Shown here: in pieces, positions 46,547-58,900 of the stretch
Layout: each line of letters begins with the position of its first letter
Numbering within the stretch: position 1 is the stretch's first letter
Source of the DNA: a virus
Lineage: Duplodnaviria; Caudoviricetes
IMG/VR virus record: IMGVR_UViG_3300021399_000166
Coordinates: 1,034 to 65,033 of that record
Direction: 5' to 3' (one strand)
DNA: 64,000 nucleotides
Made by a program: the position numbers and the translations under genes
The notes under the pieces: generated by a model
Told to the model about the DNA's origin: nothing
Seen by the model: the letters and a program-made list of their open reading frames with translations, nothing else
Databases searched by the model: none

Positions 46547-47015
46547 ATATCATAACGCAATGGTAGTCTTTGAGGAAATACCTGATGAGATTACCATTGC
46601 AATTAACATAACGAATTGCCCTTGTAAATGTAAGGGTTGTCATTCTAAGTTTCTTTGGGAAGATAATGGCATTGAATTGACATTTGAAGAATTATCAAAT
46701 CTTATTGACAAAAATAAAGGTGTAACTTGTGTTTGTTTCATGGGTGGTGATTCAAATCCCGAAGAAATTGACAAATTTGCAAAATTTGTGCATGAGGAAA
46801 GAGGTTTGTTGGTTGGTTGGTACAGTGGTAGAGACAAGATTTCAGAACTTATTGATGTCAGAAATTTTGATTTCATTAAAATCGGGCATTATGATGAAAA
46901 ATCGGGGGGTCTGAACAATACAACGACAAATCAGATAATGTATAAGGTTGAGCATTACAAAGAAGGTTTTGACTTAACCAATATAACGGAGAGATTTTGG
47001 AAAAAGAAGATATGA
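46539..47015 (+). CDS. nrdG: Anaerobic RNR activating enzyme (radical SAM)
   Basis: EIPDE..AINITNCPCKCKGCHS (CxxxCxxC), FMGGD, WYSG, NQ.MY. Confidence 0.92.
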   Translation: MLKYHNAMVVFEEIPDEITIAINITNCPCKCKGCHSKFLWEDNGIELTFEELSNLIDKNKGVTCVCFMGGDSNPEEIDKFAKFVHEERGLLVGWYSGRDKISELIDVRNFDFIKIGHYDEKSGGLNNTTTNQIMYKVEHYKEGFDLTNITERFWKKKI

Positions 47016-47045
47016 TACTGTTTTTTAGTATCATATTTTTTTGTT
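47008..47045 (+). terminator. Intrinsic terminator
   Basis: ATATGATACT-gtttttt-AGTATCATAT then a T-run. Confidence 0.7.
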
Positions 47046-47103
47046 TTCTTGCAAAATAAATCTATCGGCATTATATTTATGTTAAAGATTTTTTATTAAA
47101 CAA

Positions 47104-47493
47104 ATGGCGAAAATACAAAATTATGGAATACGTTTTCCAATTAATGTCACTTCAGAAGATAGAACACTATTTGACTTGAATCATACGAGGGCGGAAAAGG
47201 TCAAATCAGAAATCATGCATATCGTTTTTACCCCAAAGGGGCAGAGAGTTAGACAACCTAATTTTGGGACAAGTTTGATACAGTATATTTTTGAACCGAA
47301 TGACGGGCAAAGTTGGGGAGATATCGTAACTGAAATAAAAGAAACGGTAAAAATGTGGATACCTGATTGCAAAATAGAAAACATAGAAGTCGCAGAATTG
47401 GACAACGGTTTGGAGTTAGGTGTCAAAATACGTTATAGATTGTCTGAAATAGACGGCTCAACAAGAACATATGAACTAATAACGAAACTTTAA
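47104..47493 (+). CDS. Baseplate wedge protein (T4 gp25-like)
   Basis: I....FT.KGQR..QP.FGT.L..Y.FEP...W.P. Confidence 0.85.
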   Translation: MAKIQNYGIRFPINVTSEDRTLFDLNHTRAEKVKSEIMHIVFTPKGQRVRQPNFGTSLIQYIFEPNDGQSWGDIVTEIKETVKMWIPDCKIENIEVAELDNGLELGVKIRYRLSEIDGSTRTYELITKL

Positions 47494-47504
47494 TTGATGA
47501 ATCA

Positions 47505-49556
47505 ATGGCAGAAAATAAATTATCTTACTTAAATAGGAATTTTAACGATTATAAACAGGGTATAATAAATATAACAAAACAATATTACCCTGATGTGTTT
47601 GACAATATAGATGATGCGTCAATAGGCTCATGGCTAATTGAAATATTATCAGATGTCGGTGATAATCTTAATTATCATATAGACAAGAGTATACAGGAGA
47701 CATCGTTGGATTCCGCTACGGAATTTAGTTCATTGTTGGATATCGCTCGAACTAATGGTCTGAAAGTACCTTACAAGAAAGCTGCCTTGGTCGAGGTTGA
47801 ATTAAGTTGTAATATACCGATTTATGAACAAGGTACGGCAGGTGACGGTGATATGAAAGCTGATGAACGATATTGCCCTTATATCAAACGAGGAACAAAG
47901 TTTTCAAATGGTCTTACTACATTTGAACTTAATGGTGATATTGATTTCAAGGAACAATTCGATGAGAATGGTAATCCGAATTTACAAATCATTCCTAATC
48001 GTGATACAAATGGGAATATAATATCATATACATATAAAAAGTTGGGTATCGCTACGTCTTGTCAGACAAAGGTTTTCAAAAAGGTCATTACAAGCGAAGA
48101 TATTAAGCCTTTTATGGAAGTATTAATACCTGATTCTAATGTAATAGGTATTGATAGTATCATATTAAAGGAGGGTACGAACATTAACTCTGACCCGCAA
48201 TTGAATGAATTTTTTGTCGATGAAGAAGAATATAAGGATAAATTAAATAATGATATAATTAGGTATTTCGAGGTTGATAACTTAATAGACCAATATAGGT
48301 TTGGATATGAAGTGGAAGAAGCAACTTCGGACATGATAGACGATAACGACGTTATTCATAAAAGATTCTATAATCCTATATGGGAGAAAGAAATTGCATA
48401 TGAAAAAGATGGTGAAGAAATCGTTCTTAAAAAATGTGTAAAAGGTAAGTGGAAGAGACTTAAACATAAGTTTATTACTGAATACACCGATAATTGGCAG
48501 TTAAAAGTCATTTTTGGTGCAGGTCTTGAAAATAAATATGGGAATATACCTGACAATGCCAAGCAATTTACACAATATCAAATGTCTCGCATGACAGCAA
48601 ATGACTATATGGGCGTGTTACCAAAAATCGGACATACTATGTATATACTTTATAAAGTCGGTGGTGGTGAGATAAGTAATATTGCAACTGATACCTTGAC
48701 AAGTATCGTCGGTTTGAATATCGAAATAGACGGGAATTGTGAGGATGCTGACAATAATAATAAAATCAGAAATGTAAGGAATAGCATAACTGTTACTAAT
48801 ACAACGCCTTCATATGGGGGCAAGGATGCACCGACCGCAGAAGAAATACGTTATATGCTCAAATATAATTCAACTTCTCAAAATAGATGTGTGACGTTAA
48901 AGGATTATCAGGCAAAAATAAATGAAATTCCTGCCAAGTATGGCGTACCTTTCAGATTTGGATGTATTGAGGAAAACAACAAAGTCGTAATATACACACT
49001 TGGTCTTGATTCGGAAGGTCATTTAATGAAAGAATTGGCTGAAGTCGTTGCTGATAACATGAAGGAATATCTGAAACAATATAAGATGCTGAATGATTTT
49101 GTGGAAATAAAATCAGGTAAGGTAATAAATCTTAAATTTAAACTTACCGTCTATGTTGATAATAGTTATGACAAATCAGAAGTGACGAAACGTATAATTG
49201 ATATGGTCTATGATTATATGGATATAAGGCATCATATGATGGGAGAAGATATTTTCGTCGGCGATTTGGAAAAAGAAATCTCTAAACTTGATGGTGTGAT
49301 AAATCTCACCAGAATGAGAATTTATAACCCTGTAGGTGGTGGTTATTCAGACGATGGTACAACACAGGAATTAACAGACCCTACGGCATGTGGCCATAAT
49401 GACTATGATGCATATAGTGAGACCACCCAATTAGACTTATCAAACGAAATTGACCTAAACAAAAGCGACTATATGCTTTTTAGCGAGGCTAATAGTATGT
49501 TTGAAATTAAAAACAAAGCAACAGATATAATCGTAGAGGTTAAAGTAAGAAACTAA
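47505..49556 (+). CDS. Baseplate wedge protein (T4 gp6/baseplate J-like)
   Basis: Y.NR.F.D, LIEI..VGD.L.Y.D...E..L.SA, GG.D..T.EEI, QNRCVT..DY. Confidence 0.85.
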   Translation: MAENKLSYLNRNFNDYKQGIINITKQYYPDVFDNIDDASIGSWLIEILSDVGDNLNYHIDKSIQETSLDSATEFSSLLDIARTNGLKVPYKKAALVEVELSCNIPIYEQGTAGDGDMKADERYCPYIKRGTKFSNGLTTFELNGDIDFKEQFDENGNPNLQIIPNRDTNGNIISYTYKKLGIATSCQTKVFKKVITSEDIKPFMEVLIPDSNVIGIDSIILKEGTNINSDPQLNEFFVDEEEYKDKLNNDIIRYFEVDNLIDQYRFGYEVEEATSDMIDDNDVIHKRFYNPIWEKEIAYEKDGEEIVLKKCVKGKWKRLKHKFITEYTDNWQLKVIFGAGLENKYGNIPDNAKQFTQYQMSRMTANDYMGVLPKIGHTMYILYKVGGGEISNIATDTLTSIVGLNIEIDGNCEDADNNNKIRNVRNSITVTNTTPSYGGKDAPTAEEIRYMLKYNSTSQNRCVTLKDYQAKINEIPAKYGVPFRFGCIEENNKVVIYTLGLDSEGHLMKELAEVVADNMKEYLKQYKMLNDFVEIKSGKVINLKFKLTVYVDNSYDKSEVTKRIIDMVYDYMDIRHHMMGEDIFVGDLEKEISKLDGVINLTRMRIYNPVGGGYSDDGTTQELTDPTACGHNDYDAYSETTQLDLSNEIDLNKSDYMLFSEANSMFEIKNKATDIIVEVKVRN

Positions 49557-49574
49557 TCCCAAAAATAATGTTTC

Positions 49575-49612
49575 AAAACCACTGTTTGTTTATGCAAATG
49601 GTGGTTTTTTTG
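49575..49612 (+). terminator. Intrinsic terminator
   Basis: AAAACCAC...GTGGTTTTTT. Confidence 0.55.
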
Positions 49613-49669
49613 TTGATTAAAACAATAAAAAAACACATTATTATAATATAAAATTTTTAATTAGAAACT

Positions 49670-49927
49670 ATGGCTTGTGCTTGTAAAAATAAGTTAAAAA
49701 CAATTAACCATCTTTCTGGTTATGAAGACGAAGAACGTAAACTTTCATTTTTTGAAAAAATAATGAAAATATTTTCACAAATTTGTATTGGAATTATCGT
49801 CGGTGCTATAATTATTGTTATCGGCATACCACTTTTATTAGGTGTAATCATATGCCTTATGTGTGGCAAACAATTGCGTTTTAACCCAAGAAGTTTGGAA
49901 GAATATTATAATAAATACAAGAAGTAA
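49670..49927 (+). CDS. Small membrane protein
   Basis: Long hydrophobic segment ICIGIIVGAIIIVIGIPLLLGVIICLM. Confidence 0.6.
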   Translation: MACACKNKLKTINHLSGYEDEERKLSFFEKIMKIFSQICIGIIVGAIIIVIGIPLLLGVIICLMCGKQLRFNPRSLEEYYNKYKK

Positions 49928-49935
49928 GACTATCA

Positions 49936-52900
49936 ATGGAAGAGAATAGTAAAGTTTACAGAATTAGAACCAAAGTAGGTGAATCTTCACCTAATGTAAT
50001 ACATGTGCCTATTAATCAGACATATGACACCTTTGAAATTTTGTCGCTAAAACTCAATCAGACTGATACATATAAAACATATGAATCGGGCTATGGAATA
50101 ATTGTCGGTAGGGTCATTGCCAATGGTGGATTTGGTGTTCCTAATTCAAAAGTAAGTGTTTTTATCGAAGTCGATGATAATGAAAGTTTGAAAGATACAT
50201 TGCTTTACAACTTTACTTCAACTTCTGACACCGATAACGATGGTGTCAGATATAATTTGCTTCCTGATTATGTTGAATCGGAATGTCATCAAGATGTCGG
50301 TACATTTCCAAACAAACGTCTTGTTCTTGACAATGATGATGTCATAGAAATCTTTGACAAATATTGGAAATATACAACCACTACAAATAATTCAGGTGAC
50401 TATATGTTGTTTGGCATACCTACAGGTAGCCAACAATTGCATGTAGATATTGACCTTAGTGATTGTGGTGTGTTGTCACAACGTCCACATAACATGATTG
50501 GCAAGGGCTATGATATAGGAATGTTCGAAAGTCCTAATAAGTTCAAGTCTTCCACTAATCTGAATTCTCTTCCACAGATTGTGACAGAAGACCGAGGTGT
50601 TTATGTATATCCTTATTGGGGCGACACATCAAACGGTGACAATACTTTTGCTATTACAAGATGTGATATAAATATAGAATACAAATTCGAGCCTACCGCC
50701 GTGTTTATGGGTAGTATCATTACCGATAAAGGCAGCAATGCGATTGGTAAAAACTGTACGGCTACAATAAACAATGGCAAGATGTCAGAACTTGTCACGG
50801 GTGAGGGTACAATCGAAATGATAAGGAAAACCATTGACGGACGTGTTGAGCAATTCCCTATAATGGGTAACAGACTTATTGATGGTGATGGTACATGGGT
50901 GTATGAAATACCTATGAACCTTGACTATGTCACAACGGACGAATTTGGTAATTTTGTACCGACTGATAACCCTGACAAGGGTATTGCCACAAGAGCAAGG
51001 GTAAGATTCAGAGTAAGACTTGATGACACTCAATATGACAATACGGCAAGAAAACGTGCTTGTTACCTCATACCTAATAACCCACGTCTTGAAGACGAAG
51101 GTTTTGATAAGACAATGGAAGTTGACTATGAATTTGGTAGTCTGACAAGAGAGGAATCTTATCGTGACTTGTTTTGGAATAAGGTTTACACCGTGAAGAG
51201 TTATATACCTAAAATTCAGAAAGGTGATGAACAATATAACAGGCAGCATACAGGTATAAAATGGGTTAATCATGCCAATCAGAACAACCCGATGCCGTAT
51301 AATACATTAACAGTCAAACTTTCTTTTGTACATCGAATTATATGTATATTGACAGGTTTGGTCGTACAGTTCGTTGCATTTATTAATCAGTTGATATCAA
51401 CCGTATCATTTTTATTGGCTGTATTTATACATCTGCCAAGTGCATTAATTAAGGGCATGGCAGAAGGCTTCGAAGAAATTTGGCTTGTCGGTGACTTGAT
51501 TGCTGCTGTGTTTAGGGGCGTTGGTAGTTTGGTTAGTACAGCAGAGATATTAGGTGGTGTCGTTGTTAAACATTTAACACCGAAATGCATTGTTTTAGAC
51601 CGTGGTTTTTGTGATGATAATGTAAATAAGAAAGACTATTATCCGGGATGTGGATGGTTTTTATTTTACGCTTTTGAGTTTTCAGATGTTGCAGGTACTA
51701 TAAGTGATGCTGATATAGCATGGAGACTTACAAAAGCAACACACAATGAAGAATATAGTAACGCAAGTCCTGATGAAGCGAGAGAACCTGAAAATGACCC
51801 TGTAATGCTTCATAATTGTTATGAGAATGCATTAGCACAAGAAAATGAGGCAACTTCATTTAATTTTAATAATGATTGGATTAATGGAACACTGTATGCA
51901 CCTTTATGGTATCGTAAGATAACACCCAAGAAACGTTTCTTCTTTGGGTTGTTTACCCGTAAAGCAAAAGATGAATGGTGTACTTCCAAACAATATTTTC
52001 CTTCATTGCGTTATATACAGCATTGTGCAATTGAACGTGATGGAAGTAAATCAATAACCAATTTTGATGGCGATACAACTGACTTGAAATTTGTAAGAAA
52101 TAGTGAATGCGATAATGGTGATTGCCATGAGAAGAATGTTGCATTAGCTGGTTTAGGTGGTGTTATACATAGTAAAAAGACAATGCTTGGACAGGACGTA
52201 TATTATTACAAACCTGTTGAATGGTCTGCAAATTTGCCTTCTAATGAACTTTATACGGGTAAGAAGAAAGGTGAACTGAAATTACTATTTGCAACAGACA
52301 TTGTACTTTTGGGTAGTCTTGATAGTTGTGACATGAATGGTGTGCCACAATTCTTCAAGAATCTTGAAAGCACCACGTATAATATGCCTGGTGATATTTT
52401 ATTTACTGACTATGAATTCCATTATGTTATTGACCCTGAGACAGGTGAAGCAACTTCTAATATTAATACTTTGGATTCAACGATACATTCTGAAATGGCA
52501 GGGTGCGATTGGGGTAATCCAAATGAATTTAATATAAAAGATAGTGTTGATAGTGGTTTGTTCTACGGCATTGGTTGTACAAATGGTGAGACTGAGTTAT
52601 ATGCCAAGAGTTGTGTAAATCTTTCACGTATTTGTGAATATGGCGTGTCGCTTGATGTAACAAAACAAATACCAATACTTGAGAAATGGAATAAAGAAAC
52701 AAGCGAAAGTGAAATAGAACAAGCAGAAGATGGGGCATATTACAAACGTCTTATAACTGACGGTTTTATTTCATGGGATGAATTGTATAATCTTGATGAA
52801 AGAAGTATGTTCGCAACAATGAACGGTAATCAATTAAAGACTAAGATAAATACAAAAAACGGTCTTAAAGAATATGATTTCCGTTACCTTTATCCTGAAA

Positions 52901-55900
52901 ACTTTGACGGTTCGCTTGCTGAACGAATGAAGAGAACAACACAAAACTATCCACCTGAAGTTAATTATAAATACAATTACCTGTTGGAGAAGGCAAGTCG
53001 TGACTATTATCTGTTCAGAATGGGTAATAAACCTTACTATTACGATTCTAATAATGCTTTCCCAAGATATGAAAATTCATTCTACTTCTATTTCGGTTTA
53101 AATGAAGGTAAGACGGCAATAGAAAAATTCAACTCAAAATATTTTGCTGAATGCGATAATGAAAAAGGCGTTTATAATAATTTTAATATATACAAGAAGA
53201 GCAGTAGTTGGTGTAGTTCATTGAATAACACATATGATGGATTTATTGCCTTGGATTTGGAGAAAATCGCAACACCTTACAGCATTGTTATAACAGGTGA
53301 CGATACTTTTACTTTGGATGACATAAGAGATGAAAAAATTATTTTTTATAATTATAAAATTTATTCAATACCTGAAGGGTTTGAGGATTATTCATCTAAA
53401 AAATTTGAAGAGTTTGAAGAAATTGAAGGCGAAAACAAAAACATCTTTATACCTAATGGCGCTTATTATCTTACAATAACTGACGCAAATGAAGAGGAAT
53501 ATCATTATGAACTTGATATGAGTTATAATTTCCTCATGTATTCAAACAATGTGCAGTCATTCAAGAAGAATCACGAAGACTTGCTCAGAAGTTTGGGTAC
53601 AAATAATGCAATAATGAATAACAACACCAAACTTGTCTATAGCAACCCTGAGAAAATAGAAAGGGAAATTGGTGGTGTCATTACAGTATATGGCGTACAT
53701 GATAATGATGACGATATTGAACAATATAAGATAGAAGTAAGAGAAAAAGTAGATTTTGATAAAACAGACATACAGAAAACAATTGAAAATGTCGGTGACA
53801 CCTGGTATGATGTTGATGGCAATTTCTGTGAGGTTACAAGTATTGATACCGATGGTACAATTCATTACACCAAGAATGGTGGGACAGAACATTATACAGA
53901 TAAAAAGAAAGGTGATATCGTTGAAGAATATAAAGACATGACAAAAAAACTTGTTGTACCTGAATGGTATGATAGGGATGGTGTAAAACATTATTTGACT
54001 GAAAAGGATAAAAATGGAAAATATGTATATGAAGAAGGCACACAACAAGCAGATTTCAAACCATTGGTTAATAAACTTGAAAAAGATGAGACTTGGTATG
54101 ATGCTGATGGTAAGAAGTATACAGCGTTAAGTGGTGATGTTGGTAAAACAGTTGTTGATTATAGTGTTTGGACATTAGAATTGAATCTACCGACTTATTA
54201 CGATAAAAATGGTGAAAAACAATATTATCCTTATCAACCTAACAAAGAAACTTCTGTTGTTGATTTTGAACTTAGTGACAGACTTAAGAAACTTAAAGAA
54301 GTTGGTGACACTTGGTATGATGCCGATGGATATTTCTGTGAAGTTACAAAGATTGTTGATGGTACAATCTACTATACCAAGAATGGTGAAGGTAATTATA
54401 CAATCGTCGGCAGAAATACCGTTGTGGATTATACTGATTGGGTATTGGAACTTACTCCACCTACTTGGTATGACCTTGATGGCTATTTCTGTGAAGTTAC
54501 AAAGATTGTTGATGGTACAATCTATTACACCAAGAATGTAAAAGTCGGTGACACATGGCTTGACGAGGATGGTGCATTGTGTAAGGTTACAAGTATTGAT
54601 GTTGATGGTACGATTCATTACACCAAGAATGGTGAAGGTAATTATACAATCGTCGATTATACAATTAGTAATAGAAATACAGTTACGGAGGTAACATTTA
54701 ATTCTTCTTTGGAAAACGCCCCATATTTAGAACATTTATATAATTTATATAAAGGTGATGACTATGTAGAAAAATATTATTTAGAGGGTAGTGATGATGG
54801 AGTTGAATATGGTATAAGCTATAAAGTTATTAGTCCGTATGCTTTAACAAGTGATGATTATAATAAACTTACGGAATATGGCAAATTTGATTATGAAGTG
54901 TATGAGTATGTGAACAAGCAGAATACGGAAGACATTATCACGAAGGCAGAATGGGAAGGTCTTTCTGATGGCTATAGTCAGAAGAGTTATGATATTTATA
55001 ATTATATTAACAAACAGGATTCAAGTATTATCACGAAGGGAGAATGGGAAGACCTTTCCGATGATTATGGTCAGAAGAGTTATGATGTTTATGAATATGT
55101 AAACAAGCAGAATCCAGATGATATTATCACGAAGACGGAGTGGGAAACCCTTTCCGAAGACCAACGTGATAACTACAAGCCACATACGTATGTGAACAAG
55201 TATGATGCTGAGATTATAACTTCCGAAGAATGGGATGTTTTGCCAAATGTCTATTGTAAGGAAGACTACAAGCCACATACGTATGTGAACAAGTATGATG
55301 CTGAGATTATAACTTCCGAAGAATGGGATGTTTTGCCAAATGTCTATTGTAAGGAAGACTATGAAATTTATCAATATGTAAACAAGCAAGATTCAAGTAA
55401 AGTTATATATGCTGAAGATTATAATGAACTTCCTGACGGTTACGGTAAAAATCACTACAAAGAAGAACCTTCATATTGCAAAATAGAAAATAAGACAGAA
55501 TTTATTACAAAAGAAGAATATGATGATAATGTAGATATACAATTTCTATATCAACAATTTCATGTTTTAAATGAAAACGAAGATAATATTCTAATTGAAA
55601 AAGGTTATGAAGAAAGTTTAAAAGAAAAGGATTATAATAATATTATTGTAAATTATAAAAAATTAACAAAAGTGTTAGTAACAGAAAAAACCTCAATCAA
55701 GTTTACTACCAAAGATAACAAAGATGAAAAGGAAGTTACAAAAAAAAGTAATGGATGGTATTATAATGATACTAAGATACCAGGTGATTATATTATTGAC
55801 TATGCTAAATTTTTAACACCATTAGAAGATGGAGATTATTATTATAACTATGAGGGTATACGAAATACATATACTGATGAAACACCCAATGATAAAAATA

Positions 55901-58900
55901 ATAATGAACTCGATTTCACCTCATTAGTAAGAGTATTGTCATTTGAAACGTGGCTTGATGAAGACGGTGCGTTGTGTAAGGTTACAAGTCTTGACGATGG
56001 TACAATCCACTACACCAAGAATGGCGTGGGTGACTATACCATTGATGACAGAAATACTGTTATAAACTATAATCAACCTATTTGGACTAAGACAACAAGA
56101 AGTGATGATAATTACTCTTGGGTTGATAAAAACGGTGTCACACGGTATGAGGGTGTAGAGACTCTTGTAGTTGATTATTCATGGCTTTTGGAAACTACCA
56201 CACAAGAAGAAATCGTGTGGTATGATAAAGAAGGTAATGTATATAAGGTTACAAGTGTTGATACTGAAGGTACAATCCACTACACTATAAATGGTAAGGG
56301 TGATAATACAGATAAAAAGGTTGGCGGCATTGTCGTTGATTTCAATCATGATAAATTTGTTTTCACATTGGATGAAATTGGTGACGCTTGGTATGACGAG
56401 GAAGGTAATTTCTGTGAAGTTACAAGTATTGATGCAGATGGTATAATTCACCACACTATAAATGGTGAGGGTGATAAAACAATTGAGAACAGAGATACTG
56501 TTGTGAATTATTATAAATTCATGACTGAACCATTATATCTGCCTACCTGGTATGATGCCGATGGTAATCTGTATAAGGTTACAAGTATTGACGATGGTAC
56601 AATCTACTATACCAAGAATGGTAAGAAAGAAGATGAAAAACATAATCCTTATACAATCGTCGGTAGAAATACTGTTGTTGATTGGAGTAAATATATTGGC
56701 TACGATGGTGGTGAGATAACATATGATAATGGTGTAATTACTGAAATAAAAAATGTGTTATGGTACGATTCTGAAAAACACTCATTTGCTTTCGGTGTTC
56801 CTGACGAAAATCGTACATATATTATAACAGTCACACAATTGTGCAACGTTGGTGACACTGTTTTTGAAACCAAAAATCGTATAGAAACAAATGTATTTGT
56901 GAGTGGTGTAATAAAATACAAGATGTTCATTAATGGTATTGATTATGAGATAATTAAGAATTTTGATGGACACACGGGTTGGAATTATAACGGAACAATA
57001 ACTAAAAACAAGTTAACCACGAATGTTGGTGATTTGAATGAAAATAATCCTTGGTTCAATGTTGATAAAATCTATTATCATGATTATTTTGAGGGTAAAG
57101 ATGATAATAAAGATGAATATCCAAAAATTAACTTAAAGGATATAGAGAGATTCGGTATTGACAAGAATGAAAACGAACAAACATATGCGATATATGCAAC
57201 AGAGATTGATAAAGAAGACGAAGAAGTCGGAAAGAAAGTTAATGAAACATATCATGGAGAAGATGGAAAAAACAAAATAGTAGAAGCAAATGATGTTATA
57301 ACAACTTTTGTTGATAAAAGAAATGAGGATGATGTAACGACATATAAGGTTATTCATTTCACAGTCAAAAATCTTACGGCTGCTGGTGAGACTTGGTATG
57401 ATGCCGATGGTGTTGAGCATACAGCGTCAAGTGGTGATGTTGGTAAAACAGTTGTGGATTATAGTGGTTGGTTAATAACATTAAATATTATTATATCTGT
57501 TGACATATATAATCAACTTCCTGAATATACTCAGAACAGTTATGACGAGGTGTATATAAGCAAACAGGATTCAAATGTAATAATGCCTGAAGATTATAAT
57601 CAACTTCCTGAATATAATCAGGGTTGTTATGAAGAGGTGTATGTGAACAGGAATGATGAGACAGATATCCGTTCAAAGGCGCAATGGGAGGAACTTGACC
57701 CTGATACACAAAACAACTATGAACAGAAATATTGTAACAAGTATGAAGAAGATGACATTATAGACCCCGACGAATGGGCGGAGTTGACAACTGAGTATTG
57801 TAAGCGTGACTATGCCAAGATGTATCGTAACAAGAATGTTAAAACCGACATTAAAAATTACTTCAAACAATATAGAAACAAACAAGTTCCAAGTGAATTC
57901 ATATCCACCGAAGCATATAATCGACTTCCTAAAAATAGTGAAGATAGTCAGAACGGTTATAACGAAGTGTATGTGAACAAGCAGAATTCAAATGTAATAA
58001 TGCCTGAAGCATATAATCTACTTGATGACGGTTATAGTCGGAATAGTTATGATGTTTACCAGTATGTGAACAAGCAGAATCCAGATGATATTATCACGAA
58101 GGATGTATGGGAAGACCTTTCCAAAGAACAACGTGATAACTACAAGCCACATACATATCTAAACAAGTATGATGCAACTAAGATTATAACTTCCGAAGAT
58201 TGGAATGATTTGCCACCTAACTATTGTAAGGAAGACTATACCAAGATGTATCGTAATGAACATGATACTACAACTAAGTTTATAACTCCCGATGATTGGA
58301 GTAACTTGCCAAAGTATTGTCAGAAAGACTATACAGAAGTTTATCTTAGTACTTGGTATGATAAAAACGGTACATTGAACTATATGTTACCGTCTGAGGA
58401 AGGACAAGAACGTATTGATTTCAGACCATTGGTTAAAACAATTGAAAAAGAAGGTGAGACTTGGTATGATGTCAATAGCGTAGAGCGTGTGGCAGGTAGT
58501 AACGATATCGGTCAAGAAGTACTTGATTATAGTAAAAGTAGTGATGACAATAATTTAACAAAACTTAAAGAAATAGATTTTAAAACAACCGATAAAACGT
58601 GGTATGATAAAAACGGTATAGTGAATGAGGCAGATTCAGACAAACTTGGTTTGTATATTGACATAACTTATATGACAAAAGGTGACAATACAACTTTGTT
58701 TAATATAAAAGAAACAGGATATATTGACACACTTTTCATTGATAAACTTAAAGTCGATTATAATGATGGGGTATATACTTACCAATATAACTTCGATAGA
58801 AATGGCTTACATAGTGTACGTATCTATTTGGCACAAAAAACAACTTATGGAGACTTATTAAACGATGTTATTGACTTCAATGAATGTTCTGACCTTAATA

